From Heptranchias perlo (Eukaryota), in assembly GCF_035084215.1 (NCBI RefSeq), contig NC_090337.1, forward strand, positions 42,036,001 through 42,100,000: a stretch of DNA of 64,000 nucleotides, in the 5' to 3' direction. A model generated the notes under the pieces. That model made no database searches. It was not told the DNA's origin and worked only from the letters and a program-made list of their open reading frames with translations. Position 1 is the stretch's first letter, and every line of letters starts with the position of its first letter. Below, one piece after another: positions 13,233 through 24,275 of this stretch. A program made the position numbers and the translations under genes.

Positions 13233-14914
13233 GGGGATAAATGGATAGGGCCGGTTTTTGGGCCGGAGTAGCACGATCCGCTATTAATCCGTGCCCAATG
13301 GTCCCTGCGCAGGCAGGCCGAGATTTTCGTCAGGCCTGAGGACTGACTTGTGATCTGTGTTGGAAATCAGCGTTGAACAAGGATTCCATACAATTCGCAC
13401 TTTCCAACAGCAGAGTGAGCTCCAATCTCTTAAAGGCAGGATGCCTGTTAGAAATCTCTTAAAGGTAGCTGGTACCTGTTATTTGCTGAATATAACAGCC
13501 TGCTCTCTGCATGGAGTCTGAATGGAGATCGGACATCACACACATAAAAAACAGATGCAGGTCCCATCACTATGTTTACAGACTGATGAGTTATGTTAAA
13601 ACATTGAATAATGGTTGCGCACCACTAAATCCGACATCCTCCAATCTGCATGCAAGACCTCACCAATCTGCCGATCTGAGAGTCCATGCACCAAGGTTCT
13701 CTGCTGATGCACCAGAGGCCTTGGTCCAAGAGGTGGACAGAAGGAGGGACATCCTATATCTGCGGGGGGTGGTGGGGGGGAGCAAGAGGCCCTCCAGACA
13801 TACACCCAAAAGGCAATGGGAGGCAGTAGGGGATGAAGTCAATGCCAGGCGCACAGCATCATGAACATGAATGCAGTACAGGAAGAAGTTCAATGCTTTG
13901 ACATGAGTGGCCAAGGTGAGTGAGGTCAACTGTCAAGTGGCGTCTCCTACCAACTGCACCACCAGCCACATCCGCTCGTCCACGCACTAAACCCCCTAAT
14001 ACCCACCTACCAACAATCTCTTTCCATCAAAACTCAACTCTTCCAATCAGATGCTTCCTCTCACCCTCACACATTACCACTGTTGCAAGCTGCCGAACCA
14101 CAACTCACAGGCAACACGCACTAGCAGCTATTCATACATGACAAGCACATTGCCCAGACACACGTCACGCTTTCTTGCAGGAGAAGGTAGCGCATTTCAG
14201 TAGGCAGCAAGTGGCAGTGGCATTCAGCCCCTCGAGCCTGTTCCGCCATTCAGTGAGATCATGGTGGACCTATGACCTAATTCCATATATCCGCCTTAGC
14301 CCCATGTACCTTAATACCCTTGGTTCACAGAAATCTATCAATCTCAGATTTAGAATTCACAAATGAGCGAGCATCAACTGCCGTTTGCAGAAGAGCGTTC
14401 CAAACTTCTCCCGACCTTTGCATGGAGAAACATTTCCTAACTTCACTCCTGCACGTCCAACCTCTAATGCTAGGCTATGTCCCCGAGTCCTATTATTCAA
14501 GTATAGGAGACCTCCAAAAACAGATACAAATGTCTCGGCAGCCAGAAGCAATAATCCAGCCACTAACCTGTAAATCCTACATGGTCCCTTTAAATAGCAT
14601 TGGTGGGGGGCCCTCCAGGCACTCTAAGACATGTTCAGATGGTTGGGGTTAAGACTGTGCGTTGAGTTGAGCGTTAAGTCCCAAAATGGTGTCTATCACT
14701 TTAAATCAGCGTTGCACACTGATTGAACCCATTTTCTCCCTACTTTCCATGATTGCAGTGTTCGTTATCTGCGCCTGCGCTAGCTCCTATACCAAGATGG
14801 CGTCTGGCGCATGCCACACTGGAAACGTGCGTGTGCATCCAAGATGCCATCTTGGATGTTGAAGAGGCGTGTAGTGCCGAAACAACGGGCGCTACACGGC
14901 CCAATTTAGCTCTC
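13233..14914 (+). mobile_element. Harbinger-derived element carrying a decayed Myb/SANT-like (NAIF1/MSANTD-type) gene
   Basis: APRFSADAPEALVQEVDRRRDILY...KRQWEAVGDEVNAR...QYRKKFN, then donor GTGAGT at 13916 and acceptor ttcttgcAG at 14180 (EKVAHFSRQQ). Paralogous to 49829-51217. Confidence 0.75.
14220..14490 (-). mobile_element. CR1 3' fragment nested in the Myb-bearing element
   Basis: cattcagcccctcgagcctgttccgccattcagtgagatcatgg is the typical CR1 3' end; absent from the paralogous copy at about 50.67 kb. Confidence 0.7.
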
Positions 14915-15479
14915 GATATCTCTTTGCAAATTGCACTTGTACAACATGCAGCACACCACCACTGTCCTTGAGACTCGAACCAGACTGATTTGCAACTCCC
15001 CTTCCCCTCCCACAGACTAATCCAGGCACCTGAAATGTGCCTTCAACATAACAATTCTGTGCTCATTGGTAGCCCTGGTGTCAGAATGGGCCTTGTTGTA
15101 TCAGTACTCTGCTTTTGTCCTGAGGGAGTGCAAAGGTGTCATCAGCCAAGGATGCAGAGGGTAGCTTTGATCTCCCAGGATTCAGCAGCCACTTGCCTTT
15201 TTGCTTAAAAAGCAATAGTAGCACAGACTGCCTTAATAGAAAGGAACTGTGACAGCTGTCAGAAAAACAAGCAATGACATGCATGATACAGTGTTAGCGG
15301 TCACAGATGAGCTGGAGATTGATGAAAGGAGCATATATGGCCACATGGGTGCCATCTATGGCCCCTTACACCTCGATTGTTACTCATAAAATTGCACAGC
15401 CTTGCCACTTTAATGCCAGACATCTGTAGAAAAGCTGACGAACTGGCTTGCTCGATACAAACAAAGCATCAGTAACCTG

Positions 15480-15900
15480 CCTCATACATCTGGTAACAGT
15501 TGATTGGAAAATGTTAGAGATATCCCCCAAAGCAGCCTGGAATGAGCCTGTGGCAAAAAAAAAAATTCACTACAGTGATTACCATTACATTTACTAGCAG
15601 TTGTGTGCTGGAGATGGTCAGCAGGTCTGGGTGTAGCATGTGGCACAATTCGTTCCTGGCTTCCCTTGTGAAGCACAGCTTTCTCATGCACCACTCCTGG
15701 GTGAGGGATGGGTATGAGCAATAGGGTTTTGGAATTCTGCTGGGCGAATACCACTGGGTGATTGCGACATGCGTCCTGTGCGGCCTGACCAGCCTGCGTT
15801 CCATCCATTCCTCCTCCTGCTCTTCCTCCAAGACAGAGAAGCGCAGGGATATTCCCAAAGGGAATTTCATAGCGCCCTATGTAAAATGGTATAAATTGGA
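15480..15900 (-). pseudogene. Harbinger transposase N-terminal remnant
   Basis: RIPKPYCSYPSLTQEWCMRKLCFTREARNELCHMLHPDL...LLVNVMVITVVNFF matches the HARBI-type N-terminal pattern also seen at about 63400-63550. Confidence 0.65.
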
Positions 15901-16982
15901 ATTCCAAAAATTGGAAACCGTTAGGCTGAACATGGTACATGTTGAAGAGGCAGTGAATTGCAAATAAAATGAAGTCAAATGAATTAAAGATAAGGACCTG
16001 TTACACTTACTATTGTAACACTTTGAAATCACTTCCTGCTTTACCATTATGTCTTAGTATGGAGGATGAATTTTTTATACAGATCTCAGTTACAGCAGGT
16101 GGGAATGAAGCCGTAATGACATGAAATATGAGGGATGACATCTAAATGTCATTATGCCTTCATTAAAATACAGTCGCTGGAAATTGGGCAGGTACTTCTC
16201 TTCCTGTACCCGAAGTAATTTCTGAAAATTGGACAGTTGCAAAAATCGGCAGGGTCCTGCCCCCGTCATCTGCTGAAGTAGCATTTTGAAGGCAGAAGAT
16301 TCCAGCAAAAATGTCCATACATTATGATTAGGAACACTGAATTTTCCAATTTTGCTTTCTGCTGTAGTCAGAAAGAAATAGCTAGCACTAGAGTCTGCTG
16401 TTTGTTGCATTTTGATAGGATACAGAAAAAAGTATGGGGGCCTGTGAACTGAGTGGAAAGGAATTCCCACATCAGTGTGCAATGTGTTGGAAAGGATTGT
16501 GTGTTTTCCCTTGATTTAGAACATTGCATGCATATAATAACTGCAGGGCAGTCATAACACAGGAAATGAGAGATGACATTGATGGAAATGACATTGGGTG
16601 CAGTGACACTAACGCAGAATAATTGGAAAGTGACAATGTCAGTATTTAAGATATGGCTTTTGGGCCATATACCCCAGGAAATGGGAAATTACTGTGATGA
16701 TTGTGTCAACAACTATGAAAATATATGAGAATATTGTAAATGTAAAAAAAAATGTGTCGCTTCTATACTGAAAACAGGAATGCTGTTACTTATCTCACAT
16801 AATAAAAATGTAAATGTGAAATTCAGCTGCAAAACTATGAGCTACTTTATGTGCATTCACAATAGCAACTTCACCTTTTCTTGTAGCAGTGTATGAGAAC
16901 ACAAATATGTTTCCATTTAATTAAAGATACGCCATTTTGGAACACAAAAGACACCTTGGGGGAAAAGTTCCTCCATGTAACA

Positions 16983-17720
16983 TCAACAACTTGCATTTAT
17001 TGGATGCCAAGCCAAAGAAGGAGACATTTGGAAGGAATGACCAAAGGCTTGATCAAAGAGGTGAGTTTTAAGGATGGTCTTAAAGGAGGAGAGAGATGTG
17101 CAGGGGCATAGGAGTTTAGGGAAAGATTTCAAGAACTTTGGAGCTAGGCAGTTAAAACACAACCACCAAGGTTCACTAGGTTGATTTTGGGTATGGAAGG
17201 GCTGTCTTATGAGGAAAGGTTGAACAGGTTGGGTTTATACTCATTGGAGTTTAGAAGAATGAGAGATCTTATTGAAACATACAAGATTCTGTGGGTACTG
17301 GATGGGGTAGATGCTGAGAGGATGTTACCCCTCATGGGGGAATCTAAAATTAGGGAGCATAGTCTCAGAATAAGGGGTCACCTGTTTAAGACAGAAATGA
17401 GGAGGAATTTCTTCTCCCAGAGGATTGTGAATCTTTGGAATTCTTTACCCCAAGAAGCTGTTGAGGCTGAGTCATTGAATACATTCAAGGCTGAGTTAGA
17501 CAAATTTTTGATCAGCAAAGGAGTGAAAGGATATGGGGAAAAGGCAGGAAAGTTGAGTTGAGGTAAAAATCAGATCAGCCATGATCTCATTGAATGGCGG
17601 AGCAGGCTCGAGGGGCCGAGTGGCCTACTCCTACTCCTATGATCTATGGTTTGGCAAATGGAAGGGGGTAAACCATAGTTAGAGGAACGGAGAGTTCAGA
17701 GGGGTTACAGTGGATGTAAA
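16983..17720 (-). mobile_element. Decayed L2 3' fragment interrupted by a CR1
   Basis: caacaacttgcatttat tail at about 16985; the sequence resumes after 17648. Confidence 0.6.
17166..17648 (+). mobile_element. CR1 LINE 3' fragment
   Basis: [24 protein letters not shown]...WNSLPQEAVEAESLNTFKAELDKFL; same subfamily as 5085-5825. Confidence 0.9.
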
Positions 17721-18610
17721 AGGGGTTCATTGATGTAATAAAATTGTAAACGTATTGTTAAAGAACGGGCTTATGATTGTGCTGTACCTGGTGCCCAGGG
17801 GATTTCTTCCCCCACCATACAGTTGAGAATATCTTTAATGCTGGTTGGCCAAAAGTAAAATTGTTAGAATATGAATTCATGATTAAAAAGAACTTGCAAA
17901 AGCCAATCTCAATTCTCCATTTTATTATTGGGGTTTTACTTAATGCTATTAGTAAAACCACCCAAAAAAAGTCAAATTCTCATTGATAGCCAGACTTCTT
18001 GTAACACAATAGGAGAAATCTATGTGTGTGGTTAAATAATTAAAAGCGGTCACAGCAACCTTAAATTACTTTCACTCACAATTCCAATTTTATTTAACCA
18101 GAAATATTAGATCTTTGGATGCAGAAATTACAGAGCTTAACAAAAGAAGTTATTTTGCTCCAAGTTTCGGTGGGTTTGTTTTTGCTCTTCTACATTTATC
18201 AAGTGCTATAAATTTCATTGTGCCCTCCATATCCACGACATAAACCTAATTTTGTCATGCATTACATACTGATTTATTTTTTTCAAGTTTTCCTTTCTTT
18301 AAAATAGTGGCTTCAGATGTTGGTGTCAGAGTTAGATCCTTGTGAGTTTATTTATAAACATAAAAAAAATGCGAACTTTAATTTATCCTGTCAACACTCA
18401 ACAGTGAGCTCCAGCTTCATGTCAGGAAATTACGTCCCCAAAGCATTTGAATTTGTCTCTTTTGAGTGATTTTACTAATAGCATCAAATAAACCACCAAA
18501 CATAACAACAACTTGCATTTATATGGCCTTCAAGGCAGCAAAACGTCCCAAGCTGCTTCACAGGGGCTTTATAAGACAAAATTTAATACCGAGCCATGTA
18601 AGGAGATATA

Positions 18611-20971
18611 TCATAGAATCATAGAAAGGTTACAGCACGGAAAGAGGCCATTCGGCCCATCGAGTCCATGCCGACTCTACGCAAGAGCAATCCAGCTGAT
18701 CCCACTTCCCCGCCCTATCCCTGTAGCCCAGCAATTTTTTTCCTTTCAAGTATTTTTCCAGTTCCCTTTCGAAGGCCATGATTGAATCTGCCTCCACCAC
18801 CCCTCTGGCAGTGCATTCCAGATCCTAACCACTCGCTGCGTACAAAAGATTTTCCTCATGTCACCCTTGGTTCTTTTGCCAACCACCTTAATTCTATGTC
18901 CTCTGGTTCTTGACCCTTCTGCCAATGGGAACAGTTTCTCTCTATCTATTCTGTATAGACCCTTCATGATTCTAAATACCTCTATCAAATCTCCTCTCAA
19001 ACTTCTCTGTTCCAAGAAGAACAACCCCAGCTTCTCCAGTCTATCCATGTAACTAAAGTCACTCATCCCTGGAATCATTCTAGTAATTTTTTTCTGCACC
19101 CTCTCTAAGGCCTTCACATCTTTCTTAAAGTGCGGTGCCCAGAACTGGACACAATACTCCAGTTGTGGTCGAACCAGTGTTTTATAAAGGTTCATCATGA
19201 CTTCCTTGCTTTTGTACTCTATGCCTCTACTTATAAAGCCCAGGATCCCGTATGCTTTTTTAACCACTTTCTCAACCTTCCCTGCCACTTTCAATGATTT
19301 GTGCACATTTATCCCCACATCTCTCTGTTTCTGTGCCCCTTTTAGAATTGTACCCTTTAGTTTATATTGCTTCTCCTCGTTCTTCCTACTGGAATGTATC
19401 ACTTCGCATTTTTCTGTGTTAAGTTTCATCTGCCACGTGTCCGCCCATTCCACCAGCCTCTCTATACCCTCTTGAAGTCTATCACTATTCTCCTCACTGT
19501 TCACTACACTTCCAAGTTTTGTGTCATCTGCAAATTTGCAAGTTGTGCTTTGTACACCCAAGCCCAAGTCATTAATATATATCAAGAAAAGCAGTGGTCC
19601 TAGTACTTTTTTTTATTCGTTCATTGGATGTGGGCATCAATGGCGAGGCCGGCATTTATTGCCCATCCCTAATTGCCCTTGAGAAGGTGGTGGTGAGCCG
19701 CCTTCTTGAACCGCTGCAGTCCGTGTGGTGAAGGTTCTCCCACAGTGCTGTTAGGAAGGGAGTTCCAGGATTTTGACCCAGCGACGATGAAGGAACAGCA
19801 ATATATTTCCAAGTCGGGATGGTGTGTGACTTGGAGGGGAACGTGCAGGTGGTGTTGTTCCCATGTTCCGGCTGCTCTTGTCCTTCTAGGTAGTAGAGGT
19901 CGCGGGTTTGGGAGGTGCTGTCGAAGAAGCCTTGGTGAGTTGCTGCAGTGCATCCTGTGGATGGTACACACTGCAGCCACAGTGCGCCAGTGGTGAAGGG
20001 AGTGAATGTTTAGGGTGGTGCATGGGGTGCCAATCAAGCGGGCTGCTTTGTCCTGGATGGTGTCAAGCTTCTTGAGTGTTGTTGGAGCTGCACTCATCTA
20101 GGCAAGTGGAGAGTATTCCATCACACTCCTGACTTGTGCCTTGTAGATGGTGGAAAGGCATTGGGGAGTCAGGAGGTGAGTCACTCGCTGCAGAACAGCC
20201 AGCCTCTGACCGGCTCTTGTAGCCACAGTATTTATATGGCTGGTCCAGTTAAGTTTCTGGTGAATGGTGACACCCAGGATGTTGATGGTGGGGAACAACA
20301 CTGTACACCTCCCTCCAGTCTGAAAACAACCATTCACCACTACTCTCTGCTTCCTGTTACTTAGCCAATTTTGCATCCATGCTGCTACTGGCACCTTTAT
20401 TCCATGGGCTTCAATGTTGATGACAAGCCTATTATGCGGCACTTTATCAAACGCCTTTTGAAAGTCTATATACACCACATCATCCACATTGCCCTCTATT
20501 TTACCTCATTAAAAAACTCTATCAAGTTAGTTAAACACGATTTGTCTTTTACAAGTCTGTGCTAGCTTTCCCTAGTCAATTCACACTTGTCCAAGTGACT
20601 ACTAATTCTGTCCCAGATTATCGTTTCTAAAAGTTTCCCCACCATCGAAGTTAAACTGACTGGCCTGTAGTTGCTGGGTTTATCCTTACACCCTTTTTTG
20701 AATAAGGGTGTAACATTTGCAATTCTCCAGTCCTCTGGCACTACCCCCGTATCTACGGATGTTTGGAAGATTATGGCCAGTACCTCCACAATTTTCACCC
20801 TTACTTCCCTCAGCAACCTAGGATACATCTCATCTGGACTGGATGTACAGCTAGCCTTTCTAGTACCTCCTCTTCAACAATTATTAGGCCATCCAATATC
20901 TCAATGATATCTTCCTTTACTGAGACTCTGGCAGCACCTTCTTCCTTGGTAAAGGCAGATGCAAAGTACTC
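18611..20971 (-). mobile_element. CR1 LINE ORF2 (RT) remnant, itself interrupted by a family B LINE
   Basis: NYRPVSLTS, YIDFQKAFDKVPH, IYINDL...[19 protein letters not shown]; (ttctatga) tail at about 18611-18630. Confidence 0.9.
19606..20293 (-). mobile_element. LINE family B, 5'-truncated, nested in CR1
   Basis: WNSLPNSTVGEPSPHGLQRFKKAAHHHLLKGN; poly-A/T tail at about 19606; the 5' junction shares tgggga with the CR1 host. Confidence 0.9.
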
Positions 20972-23709
20972 ATATGAGGGTAGGTGACTAAAAAGCTTGG
21001 TCAAAGAGGTAGGTTTTATGAGTTGTAAAGGAGGAGAGAGAGATAAAGAGGTGGAGAGGATTAGGGAGTGAATTCCAGAGCTTAGGGCCTAGGTAGCTGA
21101 AGGCACGTCTGCCAATGGAGGGGCAAAAGAAATTGTGGGTGCACAAGAGGCCAGAACTGGAGGAGTGCAGAGTTCTCAGAGGATTGTAGAGCTGGAGGAG
21201 GTTACAGAGATAGGGAAGGGCAAGGCCATGAGGAGATTTGAAAACAAGGATGAGAATTTTAAAATCAAGGTGTTGCTGGATCAGGGGCCAATGTAGGTCA
21301 GCGAGCACAGGGGTGATGGGTGAACGGAACTTGGTGCAAGTTAGGGTAAGGGCAGCAGAGTTTTGTATGAGCTCAAGTTTATGAAGGGTGGAAGATGGGA
21401 GGCCGACCAGGAGGACATTGGAATAGTCAAGTCTGGAGGTAACAAAAGTATGGATGAGGGCTTCAGCAGCAGATGGGCTGAGGCAGAAGCGGAGACGGGT
21501 GATATTACGGAGGTAGAGGTAGGTGGTTTGGTGATGAAGAGGATATGAGGTCAGAAGCTCATCTCAGAGTCAAATAGGATGCCGAGGTTGTGAACAGTCT
21601 GCTTCAGCCTCAAACGGTGACTAGGGAGGGGGATGGAATCGGATGGATGGATGGGTGGAGAGATGATCCAAACTGTTACAAGGTTTTGAAATTAATTCTC
21701 ATTTAGGTAGCACATGCCTCAAAAAGGTCTTCCATACATTTTGGTTCTAGCCCTACATGTTTCTGAGTGTGTGCTGATGATGGTGAACCACGCTTGCCTC
21801 CAGCATATATCTGAAAATCGTAGGCTCGCTGTTACAATCTTCCGACACGAACTGGTGACGGATGAGGTTCCCTGCTGCCAGCAGATACTCAGAAAGTTAC
21901 TAGCTAAAAACTAAACATTGTGCTTCACGTTGGATCATTAATGGATTGAGAGGTACGTGTCATACCCTAAATTACTACAAGTTATACAATGTTATTGAGA
22001 ATGCATATACAGGAACAGAACATACTGAAAATGTATTTTCTAATTCATTTTTTATGGTAACATCCACATAAAATTAAAGATGAAAGCCTGTATTTTCCTA
22101 CCAGCCCATTCCTTGTATTCCTGACCCTGGGGTCAAGGTCATTATCACATTAAGGGTGGACATTGGGGACTCTTTTTGACATCAGTGAGTTACCTGCCTC
22201 AGGTGGGGAGGGAATGAAATCGCTGTGGCACTGGCCAAAGATTTCCAAAAGACATTTAAAAATCTAAAGTTTTTGAATTTTGCATTTTCAAGTTGCAATT
22301 GATCATTCTAGGCTTATCTGGGTGGACGTATTATCTGGCCAATATTGCTTTTGTCATAAAATCCCAGAGTAGCGTCAGGTACACTTTTTCTTCCCTACTT
22401 GCCCAGGTTATGTCGCAGAGGAAGGTGAGCCAATTTATTTTATTTTTGTACTCAGCTCAGTTGGGCAGAGATTGATGGAAAAATTCAAGGGACAAGGACG
22501 CCCGTTGACTCACCAGCCCGGTCAGGATTTGTTTTCCCCTGCCCCTGCCAAGACCACCGGTGGTCGCTCCTTCCATAACCACCACGTGTAAATGAACGTG
22601 GGGGGCAGGTGGGCCCCAGCTCGTTCGAGAAGCTCCTTCCTATCTGCCCCACTTACTGTCACTTCCCAGGGCCAGCATGTAAAAGGTGGCAATAGGTCCC
22701 AAAACATGGTGATAAAGGCCTTGCAGTCTCACTGTGGAAGGAGAAGGCCTTGATGTGGCCTCCTGTCCCTCCAACTGGTCCCAAACACTTACCTGCTGAA
22801 GGCCCCAGTCTTGGCCAAAACCTTCAGTGAGAGTCTTGATCCAATCTTTAGGGCAGTTCTCTCCATATATTAGGTCACTTGCTGCCTCATCTATTGTTGC
22901 AGCGCCATCCCCACAGCAACACCTCCAGGACTTTCCACCGTTTCACTGGCAAGTTTCCTCTTGGCGGTGAGAATCCTGCCAGGAACCTTCTACGTGTATT
23001 GGTGGGTAGAAAATAAAGCCAGGTGTAACATTGGGAGATTAGTTATCCAACATTAATTCAACCCTGAAATTGCTAATTAAATGACAAGGAAATTCCAATA
23101 GCAAGATGGCAGAGGGCACTGTCAATTGTCAATTTCCGAGCAGTAGACGTCTTGACTTATCTTATCTAACGTTGGTTCATTGGTGCAGCTGAGATTGCCT
23201 ATTTTCTCTTTGTGCATGTCTGGGATATCATCCAATTACATATCAGGAAATGGAAACTCAAACATGTTACGCTTGTAACTGATAACATGAGGAGAGATGG
23301 AATGTTGACAACACTCCACTGGCCCTGACTGACAGGAAATATGTTTTTCATGCCTTTTCTGAGACAATAATAAAAGAAGTTCAATTATAGTCACTCAGTG
23401 AAAGCTGAAGCCCAAGAAATGCTCTTTTGTAACAACAATAAATATAGTATAGGCAGTGGGTAACATTATGTTTATTCCACAAGTAAGGAAGAACTAATAA
23501 ATTATAAACAGAAATAGTGGGAGGTAATAATGTGTAAAAAATGTTTTTTAATTAGTTTCATTGCAGCTTATAAACATAGGCCTTGAATTTATGCCTTAGG
23601 GTAATAGAACATCAATGCTTAACACATTCATCTGAAATGCCTACATGCGCTTTTTTAGCAAAGCATTTAACCCCTTTATTTTAAATGGGTTAACGTCTTC
23701 ACTAAAATA

Positions 23710-24275
23710 ACATTCATCCACCGACCTTCGGGTAAGCGTACTCCAAGGCGGCCTTCGAGACACACGACAACGCAAAATCGTCGAGCAGAAATTGATAGCC
23801 AAGTTCCGCACCCATGAGGACGGCCTCAACCGGGATCTTGGGTTCATGTCACGCTACACGTTACCCCACCAGCGAACAAATGTTATCTGTTTTTAATATA
23901 ATGGGTCATTTGCTGGCTCTCTCTGCCTTCCGGATGTTTCTGCCTCTCTCTGTGTTTTTTTTTCTCTGTTTTTTTTCCCTGTTTGTTTTTTTGTTGAATG
24001 TGTATTCGGGGGTTCTGCAGATGACACCTCTCTGTCTGAACACGGTGATTGCCTTGGCAACGGGCAGTTGCAGGGGCAGTCTGTAAACACCATGTATTAT
24101 TCAATATGTATAAATGCGTAGGCTTCAAGGAGATCCTGAACATTTACCTGAGGAAGGAGAAAATCTCCGAAAGCTTGTGAATTTAAAATAAAATTGCTGG
24201 ACTATAACTTGGTGTTGTAAAATTGTTTACAATTGTCAACCCCAGTCCATCACCGGCATCTCCACATCATGACTA
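23710..24275 (+). repeat. 5' pseudo-LTR of the Penelope-like element
   Basis: Contains the ORF 3' end, a T-rich UTR, TATAAA (24109-24114), the hammerhead, AATAAA (24187-24192) and the first 7 nt of the ORF. No mismatch seen against the 3' copy. Confidence 0.95.
24142..24182 (+). ncRNA. Minimal type I hammerhead ribozyme (copy 1)
   Basis: Stem I ATTTAC/GTGAAT (one G-U pair); core CTGAGGA; extra A; stem II GGAGA-aaa-TCTCC; GAA; palindromic AGCT helix III; predicted cleavage after T24176. Confidence 0.85.

Larger units (their letters stand above)
18503..21640 (-). mobile_element. L2-type LINE (18503-18610 plus 20972-21640) interrupted by a CR1
   Basis: The tail and ggagatat end at about 18610 and resume as atatgagggtaggtgactaaaagcttgg at about 20972; motif LHWPLIQQHLDFKILILVFKS. 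Confidence 0.8.

Noticed and set aside
16090-16482. 130-aa minus-strand ORF
   Set aside because: Only faint resemblance to a transposase N-terminus; insufficient support.
23814-24143. Small ORFs duplicated at 26895-27224
   Set aside because: By-products of the pLTR duplication and T-rich low complexity.
24233-24268. N-terminal 12 codons of the 914-aa track ORF
   Set aside because: It starts at TTG; in a eukaryote the first ATG (24269) is the more likely start.
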